Under the pieces are notes generated by a model that did no database searches, was not told where the DNA came from, and was given only the letters and a program-made list of their open reading frames with translations. The position numbers and the translations under genes were made by a program. A stretch of DNA of 64,000 bases. Source: an uncultured Eubacteriales bacterium. GTDB lineage: Bacteria > Bacillota > Clostridia > Oscillospirales > Acutalibacteraceae. The stretch lies in contig ONAX01000009.1 in the NCBI GenBank assembly GCA_900315875.1, forward strand, positions 4,009 to 68,008. The letters are read 5' to 3'. Below are positions 36,739-47,154 of this stretch, one piece after another (position 1 is the first letter of the stretch; each line of letters opens with the position of its first letter).

Positions 36739-38511
36739 ATGGATTTTTACGGCTTTTATACAGGTCAGATTTTCAACGCCCACCGCTGGCTCGGAGCTCA
36801 CTATACAAAGGCAGCAACAACATTCCGCACCTTTGCACCTCAGGCTCACGGAGTGGAGCTTGTAATCGACGGAAACGCAACCCCGATGAACAAGGTCTAT
36901 AACGGACAGTTCTACGAGCTGGAGATAGCTGATCTTCCGCTCGGCACAAAATACGAATACCGTATCCGCGGCAACGGCGGATGCGTTGACCACTGCGACC
37001 CGTACGGCTACGAAATGGAGCTTCGCCCCAACCACAAATCCATTGTGAGCGACAAGGGCGACTACAGCTTTACCGACGACGACTGGATGAAGCATCGCAG
37101 CGATATGAAAAACCGTCCTCTGAATATATACGAGCTGCACGCAGGCTCCTTCAACAAGCCCGGGGACAAGCCGGACAACTGGTATACATATGACTGTCTT
37201 GCCGATCTTCTTATTCCCTATCTTAAGGAAAACGGCTACAATTACGTTGAATTTCTTCCCCTGTGCGAGCACCCGAGCGACAACAGCTGGGGATATCAGA
37301 CCACAGGATATTTCGCACCCACAAGCCGCTACGGCACACCGGCTCAGCTGAAAAAGCTTATTGACATGCTGCATAAAAACGGTATCGGCGCAATACTTGA
37401 CTTTGTGCCCGTTCATTTTGCGGTTGACGCATACGGTCTGGCTAAATATGACGGTTCCCCGCTGTATGAATACCCGAATAATGACGTCGGCATGAGTGAA
37501 TGGGGAAGCTGCAATTTCATGCATTCACGCGGTGAGGTAAAATCCTTCCTGCAGTCATCTGCAAATTTCTGGCTTGAGGAATACCACTTTGACGGGCTGC
37601 GCATGGACGCCATCAGCCGCATAATATTCTGGCAGGGCGACGAACGACGCGGAGTCAACAGCAATGCTCTCGATTTCGTCAGAAACATGAATAAAAACCT
37701 GAAGGAGCTCAATCCCGGCTGCATGCTTATAGCCGAGGACAGCACAAGCTTCAAGGGAATCACAAAGGATACTGACAAGGGCGGCGTCGGCTTTGACTAT
37801 AAATGGGATCTCGGCTGGATGAATGACACCCTGTCATATTTTGCACTGCCTCCGGAAAAACGAACTGAAAATTACCACAAGCTGACCTTCTCAATGATGT
37901 ATTTCGGAGATGAAAACTACCTTCTTCCCCTTTCTCACGACGAGGTCGTTCACTGCAAGGGTACTATAGTCAATAAGATGTACGGTTCCGAAGAAGAAAA
38001 GCTTGCCCAGGCAAGAGCACTGTACATGTACATGGCTGTACACCCCGGAAAGAAGCTCAATTTCATGGGCAATGAGCTTGCCCAGCTTCGCGAATGGGAT
38101 GAGCACCGCAGCCTGGATTTCTTCCTTCTGGATGATCCGCGCCATAAGGGTTTCAACGATTATATGAAGAAACTGAATCACATATACCTCGAAAACAGCG
38201 CAATGAATGAAGAGGATTACGAGGATCACGGATTCGAGTGGGCTGACTGCAATCAGGAGCAGCGTCTGATTTATGCAATAATCCGACGCAGCAAAAAAGA
38301 AAAGGTGCTGGCTGTATTCAATTTCGGCAGCAACCGGCAGGACGGCTACAGGGTTCGTGCAGACGGTGCAAAAGGTGCAAAGCTGCTGCTGTGCTCAGAC
38401 AGTACCGGATTCGGCGGCACGACGGAAAACACATCTGCACTGTACAGCTTTGACGGAGAGCTGAATGTAAGTCTTCCTCCCTACAGCGCAATGCTTTTCA
38501 GCCTTGAATAA
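36739..38511 (+). CDS. glgB: 1,4-alpha-glucan branching enzyme (GH13_9, short form)
   Basis: WGYQTTGYFAPTSRYGTP, DFVPVHF, GLRMDA and IAEDST conserved regions. Confidence 0.9.
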   Translation: MDFYGFYTGQIFNAHRWLGAHYTKAATTFRTFAPQAHGVELVIDGNATPMNKVYNGQFYELEIADLPLGTKYEYRIRGNGGCVDHCDPYGYEMELRPNHKSIVSDKGDYSFTDDDWMKHRSDMKNRPLNIYELHAGSFNKPGDKPDNWYTYDCLADLLIPYLKENGYNYVEFLPLCEHPSDNSWGYQTTGYFAPTSRYGTPAQLKKLIDMLHKNGIGAILDFVPVHFAVDAYGLAKYDGSPLYEYPNNDVGMSEWGSCNFMHSRGEVKSFLQSSANFWLEEYHFDGLRMDAISRIIFWQGDERRGVNSNALDFVRNMNKNLKELNPGCMLIAEDSTSFKGITKDTDKGGVGFDYKWDLGWMNDTLSYFALPPEKRTENYHKLTFSMMYFGDENYLLPLSHDEVVHCKGTIVNKMYGSEEEKLAQARALYMYMAVHPGKKLNFMGNELAQLREWDEHRSLDFFLLDDPRHKGFNDYMKKLNHIYLENSAMNEEDYEDHGFEWADCNQEQRLIYAIIRRSKKEKVLAVFNFGSNRQDGYRVRADGAKGAKLLLCSDSTGFGGTTENTSALYSFDGELNVSLPPYSAMLFSLE

Positions 38512-38519
38512 AACAAAAA

Positions 38520-38550
38520 AGTCGGTGAACCAAAGATTCATCGACTTTTT
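38520..38550. terminator. Bidirectional terminator
   Basis: AGTCGGTGAA-N7-TTCATCGACT with flanking A and T runs. Confidence 0.7.
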
Positions 38551-38586
38551 CATATATAACAGATTGAGTGCGAAAGTGTTATTCAA

Positions 38587-40572
38587 TCATATTCTGTTTT
38601 CATCCATCATTGCAGCAGCAAGCTCGTCTGCAATTGAAGTTGCGTCATTATCCTTGTATAGGATATCCTCCAGAGCCTGCTCCAGATCCTCCTCTTTCAG
38701 AGCGGCACTCTTGTCTGCATATACAAATGCGCAGCTGTCGTAGGGAATTATGATCTCGTCATCCTCAACAACGGTATTCATCAGGGGCTTTCCTCCGATA
38801 AATTCCATAGGCATACGGAAGCGTATTGTATCTCTTCCGGCATTAAAAACACAGAGCAGCATGTCGTTGTCATCCTCACGGATATAACCCATTGTTCTGC
38901 CTGTTGAGCCGAAATTGCGAAGCTCACCGTCAACAAGACATGAGCAGCTGTGGCGCATTTTGCCAAGCTCGCGATACCATTTCAGAAGATCCTCGTCCTC
39001 GCGTCCCCACGGGAATGTGCGTCGGTTGAACGGATCCTTGTAGCCCTCTACGCCGACCTCGTCTCCGTAATAGATGCACGGAACGCCGGGAAGGGTATAG
39101 AGTATTCCGCTTGCTACGCGCATTTTTCTGAGACCGTATGCACGCTGCTCGGGAGAAAGGCTGTTTTCAGCCTGCCACTCTCTGCCTCTGCCGTTTTGTC
39201 TTTCGCCTGCAAGAAGAGTGATAACGCGCTCGGTATCATGTGTTCCGAGAAGGTTCATAAGTGAGCGTATTACCGGGCGGGGATAATTTTCAAGAACTGT
39301 GAGGACAATCTCCAGCATATCGCGTCCGTCGCCGCAGTCAAGGAAACCGAGAATTGCGTCGCGGAACGGGTAATTCATTACACTGTCGAGCTCTTTGCCG
39401 TAAAGGAAGCGGCGTCTTGAGCCATAGCTTTCCTTATTGGAGGCATCCTCCCAGACCTCGCCGAGAAGGAGAGCGTCGGGATCCTCAGCTTTGACAGCCT
39501 CGCGGATGTATTCAATGAATTCGTCTGGCAGCTCGTCGGCGACATCAAGTCTCCAGCCGCTGTTTCCGGCGCGGATCCATTTGCGGATAATTCCGTTTTC
39601 ACCGTTGATATATTCATTGAAGGAATCCGAAAGCTCCTCAACCTCGGGAAGGGTATTGAAGCCCCACCATGAATTGTAGATATTCGGCCAGTCAATGAAT
39701 TTATACCATGTATAATACGGCGATTCCTTTGAATTATAGGCGCCGTTGCCGGGATAACGCATTTCACGGTTGAAATACTTGCTGTCGCTTCCGGTATGGC
39801 TGAATACGCCGTCGTTGATAATGTGTATTCCGCGTTTTTTTGCTTCGCTGCAAAGCTCGCGGAAATCCTCCTCGTCACCGAGTACGGGATCTATTTTTTC
39901 ATAATCACCGGTGTCATAGCGGTGATTTGAATATGCTTCGAATATCGGGTTAAGATATATACATGTTACTCCGAGATCCTCAAGATAAGGCAGCTTTTCA
40001 GTAATACCCTTAAGGTCGCCGCCGAAAAAGTCGGAATTCGTTATCATTCCGTTTTCATCAGGTCTCCAGTCGGGAATAACATCCCAATCCGTCTGCATTT
40101 TCTTGTCAGAGTAAACACCGGTTTTCGGTTTGCCGGAATTGTAGAATCTGTCCGGGAAAATCTGGTACATAATACCGCCGGGCAGCCATGACGGGGTCTG
40201 AAAATCATTCTCATAGCACAGAAGCTGGAAACGCGGCTCGTGGTCGCTTAATGCAAGGTAGCCCTGTCCGCCGTAGCCCTTCATGATAAAGCGCTTTCCG
40301 TAGCAGGTATCCATTGCAAAATGGTACCAGTATACTCCGACAAGCTCGGGATCTACGTCGCATTCCCACTGCTCATGATCCTCGCCGACCATGCCGCACC
40401 AGTACATGCTGTACACGTTCGTATCGCCGAACTTATCGTCCTTAAGCGCAAGCACCGCACCCGAACATTTCAGATCTCTCGGCAGCACAATCTTGAAGTG
40501 CAGCTTCGTACCGAAAGTTACCGCACCCGTCGGGAAACGGTATTCGGGGTTACGGGAATTGAATAGTTCCAT
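38587..40572 (-). CDS. Cytoplasmic GH13 alpha-glucosidase/neopullulanase-like enzyme
   Basis: GH13 regions DGVFSHTG, GWRLDVADE, LLGEVWED and LLGTHDTER. N-terminal Ig-like domain and no signal peptide. Confidence 0.85.
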   Translation of the reverse strand: MELFNSRNPEYRFPTGAVTFGTKLHFKIVLPRDLKCSGAVLALKDDKFGDTNVYSMYWCGMVGEDHEQWECDVDPELVGVYWYHFAMDTCYGKRFIMKGYGGQGYLALSDHEPRFQLLCYENDFQTPSWLPGGIMYQIFPDRFYNSGKPKTGVYSDKKMQTDWDVIPDWRPDENGMITNSDFFGGDLKGITEKLPYLEDLGVTCIYLNPIFEAYSNHRYDTGDYEKIDPVLGDEEDFRELCSEAKKRGIHIINDGVFSHTGSDSKYFNREMRYPGNGAYNSKESPYYTWYKFIDWPNIYNSWWGFNTLPEVEELSDSFNEYINGENGIIRKWIRAGNSGWRLDVADELPDEFIEYIREAVKAEDPDALLLGEVWEDASNKESYGSRRRFLYGKELDSVMNYPFRDAILGFLDCGDGRDMLEIVLTVLENYPRPVIRSLMNLLGTHDTERVITLLAGERQNGRGREWQAENSLSPEQRAYGLRKMRVASGILYTLPGVPCIYYGDEVGVEGYKDPFNRRTFPWGREDEDLLKWYRELGKMRHSCSCLVDGELRNFGSTGRTMGYIREDDNDMLLCVFNAGRDTIRFRMPMEFIGGKPLMNTVVEDDEIIIPYDSCAFVYADKSAALKEEDLEQALEDILYKDNDATSIADELAAAMMDENRI

Positions 40573-40975
40573 ATTATCTCCTCGAAATCCAATTATATTA
40601 ATTCACGCATAATATTATAATATCTTTAAAGCTCTATGTCAAGGCAGTTTTTTGAGGAAATCATGCACTATTATAACCTACCGGACAAGTCTGTATAATA
40701 AAATATACATATAAATCCAAAGTTGGCAGCTTATTCCTTGACCGGGTTTATATCTGAAAAGCGGTATAGATATCCCCTCCGAAATAGCACTGTGGTAAGT
40801 AGTGAGATATCCGTAACTTTTCAGAGTCAAGCTGCAGTCCAGCCGCTAACCATCACTATCAGCAGCCGCCGCTCCCGGAAATAGAGGTTGCAAAAGGGAG
40901 AAAAAAGATATATAATAGGATCAGATATTAATGCCTGATGATAATTTCTGTCAAAAAACAAGACGGGGGTCTGGT

Positions 40976-41530
40976 ATGAAAAAGCTTAAAAAACCACTCA
41001 TGATAGCTGTTCCGCTGTTTCTGGTTCTGACAGCCATTGCTGCCTTTATTCTGTTTATCGGTAGCTGCCCTGCGAAAACCATTTTTGATAATACCGAAAA
41101 CTTTGGTCCCTTCGACCTCAGACTTTCATATACGCCGGATAACCTTATGACTGTTATTTCACATTATGGCGGGGACCGACGTGCTGATTATAATCAGTAT
41201 TTCACTTTTGATTTTATTCTGACCGGCTGCGGCTTTTTCTTTATGTTCCTGACTCCGCAGCTGATCAACACCTTCAGTTCAAAGCATTATCTGCTGTTCC
41301 GATCATCTGTTTTTTCAGCTGTATTTTCAGCCTTTTTTAACGTAGTCGAAAACATTCTTCTCATCCGTATTGTTGATACATCTCCGGCATTTACGGACAG
41401 CGATGCAAACCTCGCCTCCGGATGCACCACACTCAAATGGATCTTTATAGGCATATGGATAGTGTCAACAATACTTTTTGCCATTACTACAGCCATTACG
41501 GTTATGAAAAATCGTAAATCCTCAGAGTGA
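40976..41530 (+). CDS. Hypothetical multi-pass membrane protein
   Basis: MKKLKKPLMIAVPLF... with 4-5 TM helices. The start at 40976 follows a G-rich SD. Confidence 0.55.
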   Translation: MKKLKKPLMIAVPLFLVLTAIAAFILFIGSCPAKTIFDNTENFGPFDLRLSYTPDNLMTVISHYGGDRRADYNQYFTFDFILTGCGFFFMFLTPQLINTFSSKHYLLFRSSVFSAVFSAFFNVVENILLIRIVDTSPAFTDSDANLASGCTTLKWIFIGIWIVSTILFAITTAITVMKNRKSSE

Positions 41531-41749
41531 AAAGATAAGTGCTGCTCCGGCAAAAAAGATGAGCATAAAAACCCATTCGGGAATATCAGAGCTTTTGCAG
41601 CTGTGTTTTCCGTCGCTTCTGTGTGAAGCGGCGGATTTTTTTATTATATCACCAAATAGCATCAGAATTGCAGTGAAAACCGCAAACATGATGAATCGAA
41701 TTATATACAACAAAATCCAACCCCTCCGGAACATACTATGCAGCGAAGG

Positions 41750-41781
41750 GAAAAAAGAAAACAGCCCCGAAGGACTGTTTT
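41750..41781 (-). terminator. Intrinsic terminator ending the transporter/amylase/ATPase operon
   Basis: Minus strand: AAACAGTCC-TTCG-GGGCTGTTT followed by TCTTTTTT. Confidence 0.65.
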
Positions 41782-41797
41782 CCGATTGAGTTTATGT

Positions 41798-44437
41798 TCA
41801 GTTTTCTTCCCTGCTCTGTGCTATAAGGCGGACAATAAGCTTTCTGAAAAGATCTATCGGTATTACAAGCACCGCAAGCAGAGCACATACTGCCCATGAA
41901 TACGGGCTGAGCGCTTCCACGCTGAGTATGCTGCCGCCAAAGGTGACGAATACAAACTGAGAAATCAGAATAACTCCCATTACAACGATGAAATTCTTGT
42001 TAAGTCCAATCTTATCGAATATATTGAAATGCTCGGTTCTTGCATTGAAACCGTTGAATGTAATCGCCATCATGAAGGTCGCGAACAGAGCCGATTTCAG
42101 ATATGTCACGGACGCACCCTCGCCGAAAAGATCCCTGAGCGGCGGGAAGAAGAGAATTCCGAGACAGACAAGCGTAATATACAGCGCTGCAACGAGTATT
42201 TCAACAGCCATAGATCCGGTTATGATACCAGCCCGTCTGGCAATAGGTTTATCCTTCATGAAATCCCTGAGCGCAGGTTCACTTCCGTAAGCAATTGCTG
42301 CAAGGGTATCCATTGCAAGGTTTATCAGAAGGAGCTGTACAACTGTGAGAATAATGTTATAATCAGGACCGTTACCAATAATCGGTCCGATAAAGCAGGT
42401 CAGCACAGCTGCAACATTTACAGTCAGCTGGAAGATCAGGAATTTGCGTATACTCTTGAACATCGTTCTGCCGTAGAGAATAGCTTTTTCTATGGACAGG
42501 AAATTGTCGTCAAGAATAGTTATATCGCCGGCTGCCTTTGCAACCTCAGTTCCGCTGCCCATAGCGAAGCCGACATCTGCCTTTTTCAGTGCCGGAGAAT
42601 CGTTAACGCCGTCGCCTGTCATACCGACAACAAGGTCAAGCTCCTGTGCTATACGCACCAGACGGCTTTTATCCGTCGGAAGTGCTCTTGAAACGACACG
42701 GAGATTCGGAAGAATTCTCTTCACCTCGTCATCGTCCATTGAAGCAAGCTCTGCGGATGTCAGAGCGATATCCTTCCGGCTTGAAAGCAGACCTGCATCC
42801 TTTGCAATTGCAACAGCAGTTTCCTTTCTGTCACCGGTTATCATTACAACCTGAATTCCGGCAGCCTTAACCTCACGTATAGCGTCGGCGGCTTCCTTAC
42901 GGACGTTGTCCCTGATGCTCAGAATGCAGATAAGTGTCAGTTCGCCGTCGTCCGTTTCACTCTCGGACTTTGCAACAGCAAGCAGTCGCATTGAACGCGA
43001 AGCCTGCTCCTCAATATAGGTATTGACATCGGTTGACTTGTCAAATGGAACCTTCTGACCGTTTTCGTCAAGGCAGTATTTGCAGCGGATAAGTATTTTT
43101 TCCGGAGCACCTTTAATATAGGTTTCTGTCTTGCCGTCATGGTCGTATGTGAGTCCCGAGTATTTCTTTGCGGAATCGAAGGCAATAAACTCCCTCGTAA
43201 TACCCTTGGGAAGATTTTCGGCATAGCCTTCCTTGATAAGCATACTCATCAGTGCCCTGTCGGTATTGTTTCCGCCGAGAACCTTTCCGTCTGATGCGGA
43301 GGATGAATTGTTCACGCCTATGCCGATCAGAATATCATCTCTCAGCTTATCCCCGACAGATGCAACAGTCTCATATTTATTCAGTGTGCCGATGGAAATC
43401 TCACTCACCGACAGCTTGCCTTCTGTTATTGTACCTGTTTTATCCGTAAAGAGAATACTCAGGCTGCCTGCGGTTTCCAGACCGTTGATATTACGCACAA
43501 GGACGTTATCCTTTGCCATACGTATGCTCTGGTATGACAAAAGAACCGATGTCAGCATAGGCAGTCCTTCCGGAACAGCACAGACAATTATCGTTATTGC
43601 AACCGTTACTGCATCGATCAGAAGCTTAACCCAATCTGCAGAGTTTGCCGGAATCTGACCTGAAAGAAGGGTTTTTGCAACTATCGCAATTACTATAAGA
43701 GATGCTCCTATGTAACCGAAGGTCGATATCTGATTCGCGAGCTTTGCAAGCTTGATCTGCAGCGGAGTAGCACGCTTGTCCTCCTGAACCTCAAGAGCAA
43801 GCTCACCGAAGATAGTCTTGTCACCGACAACCTTAACCTCCATATATGCTTCGCCGCCGCAAACAACCGTTCCGCGGTATGCATAATGCTCGTTAAGAAG
43901 ATCCTTGATTTCGTACTCTTCCTTGTCTGCGACCGGACGCTTTTCAGCTTCTTCGGTTTCACCATTCAGGGAAGCCTGATCCACGGCTATTGTACCCTCG
44001 ACAATTTCACCGTCGGCTGATATCTTATCGCCTGCCTGCAGATAAACGATATCGCCCACAACGACCTCGCTGACATGAATTTCCGTCAGCTTGCCGTCAC
44101 GAAGAACCTTCGCGGTTTCCTTGGCCTCCTCAACCGACTTCAGAGCGCTTGCCTTGCCCTCCTGCTTGTACTGGCTGACAGACGCAACACCGTTTGCAAT
44201 GAGAATCGCAACAAGAACGCCCACCGGCTCGTACCATTCAGCCTGTCCCATAAAGCACAGTACAAGCTGTACGGCAAGAGCTACAAGCAAAATCAGAATC
44301 ATCGGGTCCGTAAATCCATTTAGTACTATCTTCCAGAGCGGCCGAGTCGGTATCTGTGTAAGCTTATTCGAGCCGTGATTTTTACGGCTTTCCTCAACCT
44401 CCGCAGAGGTCAGACCCTTCAGGTTCATAGAAAACAC
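41798..44437 (-). CDS. P-type Ca2+-transporting ATPase (P2 type)
   Basis: DKTGTITEG phosphorylation site, MITGDRKETA, GDGVNDSPALKKADVG, and 10 TM helices. Confidence 0.9.
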   Translation of the reverse strand: MFSMNLKGLTSAEVEESRKNHGSNKLTQIPTRPLWKIVLNGFTDPMILILLVALAVQLVLCFMGQAEWYEPVGVLVAILIANGVASVSQYKQEGKASALKSVEEAKETAKVLRDGKLTEIHVSEVVVGDIVYLQAGDKISADGEIVEGTIAVDQASLNGETEEAEKRPVADKEEYEIKDLLNEHYAYRGTVVCGGEAYMEVKVVGDKTIFGELALEVQEDKRATPLQIKLAKLANQISTFGYIGASLIVIAIVAKTLLSGQIPANSADWVKLLIDAVTVAITIIVCAVPEGLPMLTSVLLSYQSIRMAKDNVLVRNINGLETAGSLSILFTDKTGTITEGKLSVSEISIGTLNKYETVASVGDKLRDDILIGIGVNNSSSASDGKVLGGNNTDRALMSMLIKEGYAENLPKGITREFIAFDSAKKYSGLTYDHDGKTETYIKGAPEKILIRCKYCLDENGQKVPFDKSTDVNTYIEEQASRSMRLLAVAKSESETDDGELTLICILSIRDNVRKEAADAIREVKAAGIQVVMITGDRKETAVAIAKDAGLLSSRKDIALTSAELASMDDDEVKRILPNLRVVSRALPTDKSRLVRIAQELDLVVGMTGDGVNDSPALKKADVGFAMGSGTEVAKAAGDITILDDNFLSIEKAILYGRTMFKSIRKFLIFQLTVNVAAVLTCFIGPIIGNGPDYNIILTVVQLLLINLAMDTLAAIAYGSEPALRDFMKDKPIARRAGIITGSMAVEILVAALYITLVCLGILFFPPLRDLFGEGASVTYLKSALFATFMMAITFNGFNARTEHFNIFDKIGLNKNFIVVMGVILISQFVFVTFGGSILSVEALSPYSWAVCALLAVLVIPIDLFRKLIVRLIAQSREEN

Positions 44438-44462
44438 CTTCTTATATAATTACTTAAATCCA

Positions 44463-46217
44463 TCACTTTACAACAATTGCGCTGTAGGGCGGCAGTGTTA
44501 CGCTGTCTGACTTTACAGAGAAATCAGATGACTGCTCTGCAGCACTTTCCTGAGCTGAGGACTGATTGTCCCCGGTTATCGCAGCAAAGGGATCGCTGCT
44601 TTCAGAAGCACCTGCATCGCCCGAGTCAGCTTTGAGATAGCCTCTTACCTCGCCTATCGTAAATTTATCAGAGGGGATATTCACGGTATTAGCCTTATCG
44701 CTGATATTAAGCAGTACCATTACCTTTGAGCCCTCATATTCGGAAATGTATGCAGCCACTTCACCGTTTCCTACGTCAACAGCTGTAACCTTACCTCTTG
44801 ATATTTCCGGATTCTGGCTCTTAAGACGAACTGCTCTGCGGTAGAAGCTCTGCAGTGAATCATCGTCCTTAACCTGCTCAAGAGCACCCTTTTCCGGTGT
44901 ATCAGTATTTGTAGCGCCCGGAATGGTCTTTACATAGCCGGTGCTGTCTGTGCTTGACCAGTACATACCGGTTCTCTTGTCCGGATCGGTACCTGAACCG
45001 CGCATACCGATTTCCTCACCATAATAGATGAATGAATCGCCCGGAGCGAGGATATACATTGCGGCAGCCATTTTCTTCGTTGTATTGCTGAGGAAGAATC
45101 CTGCGCTGCGGTTTGTATCGTGGTTTGAAATAAAGGGAGTATCAATAGCATTCGGATTATGCGAAAGAATTGTGGTCTGCCAGTTTTCAAGATGCTCGGC
45201 ATAGCCCTTTCCATCCTTGGTATTTACAGCACTTGCAACTGCGCCTGTTGCGCTCTGCATGCCGAAATTGAAGAAGCTGTCCGCACCTGAATCATAGAAC
45301 TGAGCAATATCGCCGGGGCTGCTCCAGCATTCACCAACCATAAATACATCCGGCTTTACTGTCTTCGAATAATCATAAAGCCATTTAAGATCCTCAACGG
45401 AATCCTCGATGCCGGTTGATTCGTACCAGATTACAGCGTCAAGTCTGAAACCATCTATTCCGACATCCTTGAGCCAGAAATCAACGATCTTTTTCAGCTC
45501 GTTTCGGACATTTTCGTTTTTAAGGTTGACATCAGGCATATCTGTATCAAACTGACATTCATAATACCAGTTGCCGTCAAGTCCGGCTACCTTCTGCCAG
45601 CCCTTGCGTGTTTCGCCCTCCTTGAACTGATCAAAATGGTAATACTGAGCGTAGCCGTCTGTCTTTCCTGTCTTCAGCTCCTCAATAGCCTTCTGATACC
45701 ACTCGTGCTTTCTGGAGGTGTGGTTAATAACAAAGTCGATAATAACATTGATATTCCTCTTATGGCATTCCTCAGTAAGCTCGCGCATGTCGTCCATTGT
45801 ACCGTATTTTTCATCAATTGCCATATAATCGGTGACATTATACTTATGATATGAAGGCGACGGCATTATCGGCATTAACCAGATACCCTCGATACCGAGG
45901 TCATCTGTTGTTTTTATATCACCGTCATTGAGGTAGTCAAGATTCTTGGTTATGCCCTTAAGATCTCCTACCCCGTCGTCGTCTGAATCATAGAATGAAT
46001 ATGCAAATATTTCATAATATGTACGGAATTTATCGTCGGAAGCCTTTGCTTCGACTGTTTTAAAACCGCCGTCCTCCGGAAGCGAAATGCCTTCTGCAGC
46101 AGCGGAGCTTGCGGCTGAGCTCTGGGTTGTTGGTTCGGTCGTATTTGTACAACCTGACAGAACTGCTACCGTACACATTGAAGCAGCAAGAAGCGCACAG
46201 ATTATTTTCTTTTTCAT
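44463..46217 (-). CDS. Extracellular lipoprotein alpha-amylase (GH13)
   Basis: Lipobox VLSGC. GH13 regions DFVINHTS, GFRLDAVIW, MVGECW and FISNHDTNR. Confidence 0.85.
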   Translation of the reverse strand: MKKKIICALLAASMCTVAVLSGCTNTTEPTTQSSAASSAAAEGISLPEDGGFKTVEAKASDDKFRTYYEIFAYSFYDSDDDGVGDLKGITKNLDYLNDGDIKTTDDLGIEGIWLMPIMPSPSYHKYNVTDYMAIDEKYGTMDDMRELTEECHKRNINVIIDFVINHTSRKHEWYQKAIEELKTGKTDGYAQYYHFDQFKEGETRKGWQKVAGLDGNWYYECQFDTDMPDVNLKNENVRNELKKIVDFWLKDVGIDGFRLDAVIWYESTGIEDSVEDLKWLYDYSKTVKPDVFMVGECWSSPGDIAQFYDSGADSFFNFGMQSATGAVASAVNTKDGKGYAEHLENWQTTILSHNPNAIDTPFISNHDTNRSAGFFLSNTTKKMAAAMYILAPGDSFIYYGEEIGMRGSGTDPDKRTGMYWSSTDSTGYVKTIPGATNTDTPEKGALEQVKDDDSLQSFYRRAVRLKSQNPEISRGKVTAVDVGNGEVAAYISEYEGSKVMVLLNISDKANTVNIPSDKFTIGEVRGYLKADSGDAGASESSDPFAAITGDNQSSAQESAAEQSSDFSVKSDSVTLPPYSAIVVK

Positions 46218-46281
46218 ACGTCATTCTCCTTAGATAAAATTAAGCAGGGCAGCGATGCCACCCTGCTTGAGTTTTTGTGTA

Positions 46282-47154
46282 TCAGCCCTTTACAGCACCG
46301 CCTGTTACACCGGATACATAGAATCTCTGCATGATTGTGAAGAGAACTGTGATCGGAATAGCAACGACAACTGCACCTGCGCAGAATGTTGTAAAGTGAG
46401 ACATGATGTACTCTCTGTCAAGCATCTTGTAGAGACCGTATGCAACTGTATAGTTCTGCATATTATCCTTCATGAAGTAGCTTACAAAGATATAGTCTGT
46501 CCACGGTCCGATAAATGTTGTCAGAGCCGTGTAAACAATGATAGGCTTGGAAAGCGGAAGAATTATGATCCAGAAGATCTGGTTTCTTGTTGCACCGTCT
46601 ATCTTTGCTGCTTCGTCGAGTGATCTCGGGATCGTATCGAAGAAGCCCTTTGCAACCTGATATCCAAGACCTGCGCCTGCGGAGTATACGATAACGAGAG
46701 CGATAAGGCTCTGGCTGAGTCCGAGAAGACCCATGATAGCGTATACAGCAGCCATGGACATGAATCCGGGGAACATGCCGAGGATAAGTCCGACGTTAAG
46801 GAAAGTCTTACGGGATTTGAATCTCAGACGGCTGAACGCATAGGAAACCATGAGAACAAGCAGTGTTGAGAAAATACAGGAGAATACTGCAACGATAAAG
46901 GTGTTAAGGAACCATGTACCGAAGGGAAGCTCCTCATCAGTAAAGAGGTTTATGTAGTTCTGGAATGTCCACTGTTTCGGGAACAGGTAGGATACTGATG
47001 TACCAGACTCACCTCTGAATGACTGCAGAAGAAGCCATACGATAGGAAGTACCCAGATGATACACATAACAACGAGGATAGCATATACAACGCCATTGGC
47101 AAACTTCTTTTTTGCAGCGTAGCCAGACTTCATTTGTGATGATGTATTTGTCAT
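46282..47154 (-). CDS. Carbohydrate ABC transporter permease (MalG-like)
   Basis: Six TM helices and EAA loop (SLDEAAKIDGATRNQIFW). Confidence 0.9.
   Translation of the reverse strand: MTNTSSQMKSGYAAKKKFANGVVYAILVVMCIIWVLPIVWLLLQSFRGESGTSVSYLFPKQWTFQNYINLFTDEELPFGTWFLNTFIVAVFSCIFSTLLVLMVSYAFSRLRFKSRKTFLNVGLILGMFPGFMSMAAVYAIMGLLGLSQSLIALVIVYSAGAGLGYQVAKGFFDTIPRSLDEAAKIDGATRNQIFWIIILPLSKPIIVYTALTTFIGPWTDYIFVSYFMKDNMQNYTVAYGLYKMLDREYIMSHFTTFCAGAVVVAIPITVLFTIMQRFYVSGVTGGAVKG

Noticed and set aside
36649-37524. 291-aa ORF antisense to glgB
   Set aside because: It lies fully inside a confidently identified branching-enzyme gene on the opposite strand. Its Ala/Val/Cys-rich composition is typical of a shadow frame, and it has no SD.
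41522-41734. 70-aa two-helix ORF on the minus strand
   Set aside because: It begins about 15 nt after the U-tract of the operon terminator, so there is no room for a promoter. It overlaps the convergent 40976-41530 gene end. The hydrophobic look is expected from AT-rich sequence.
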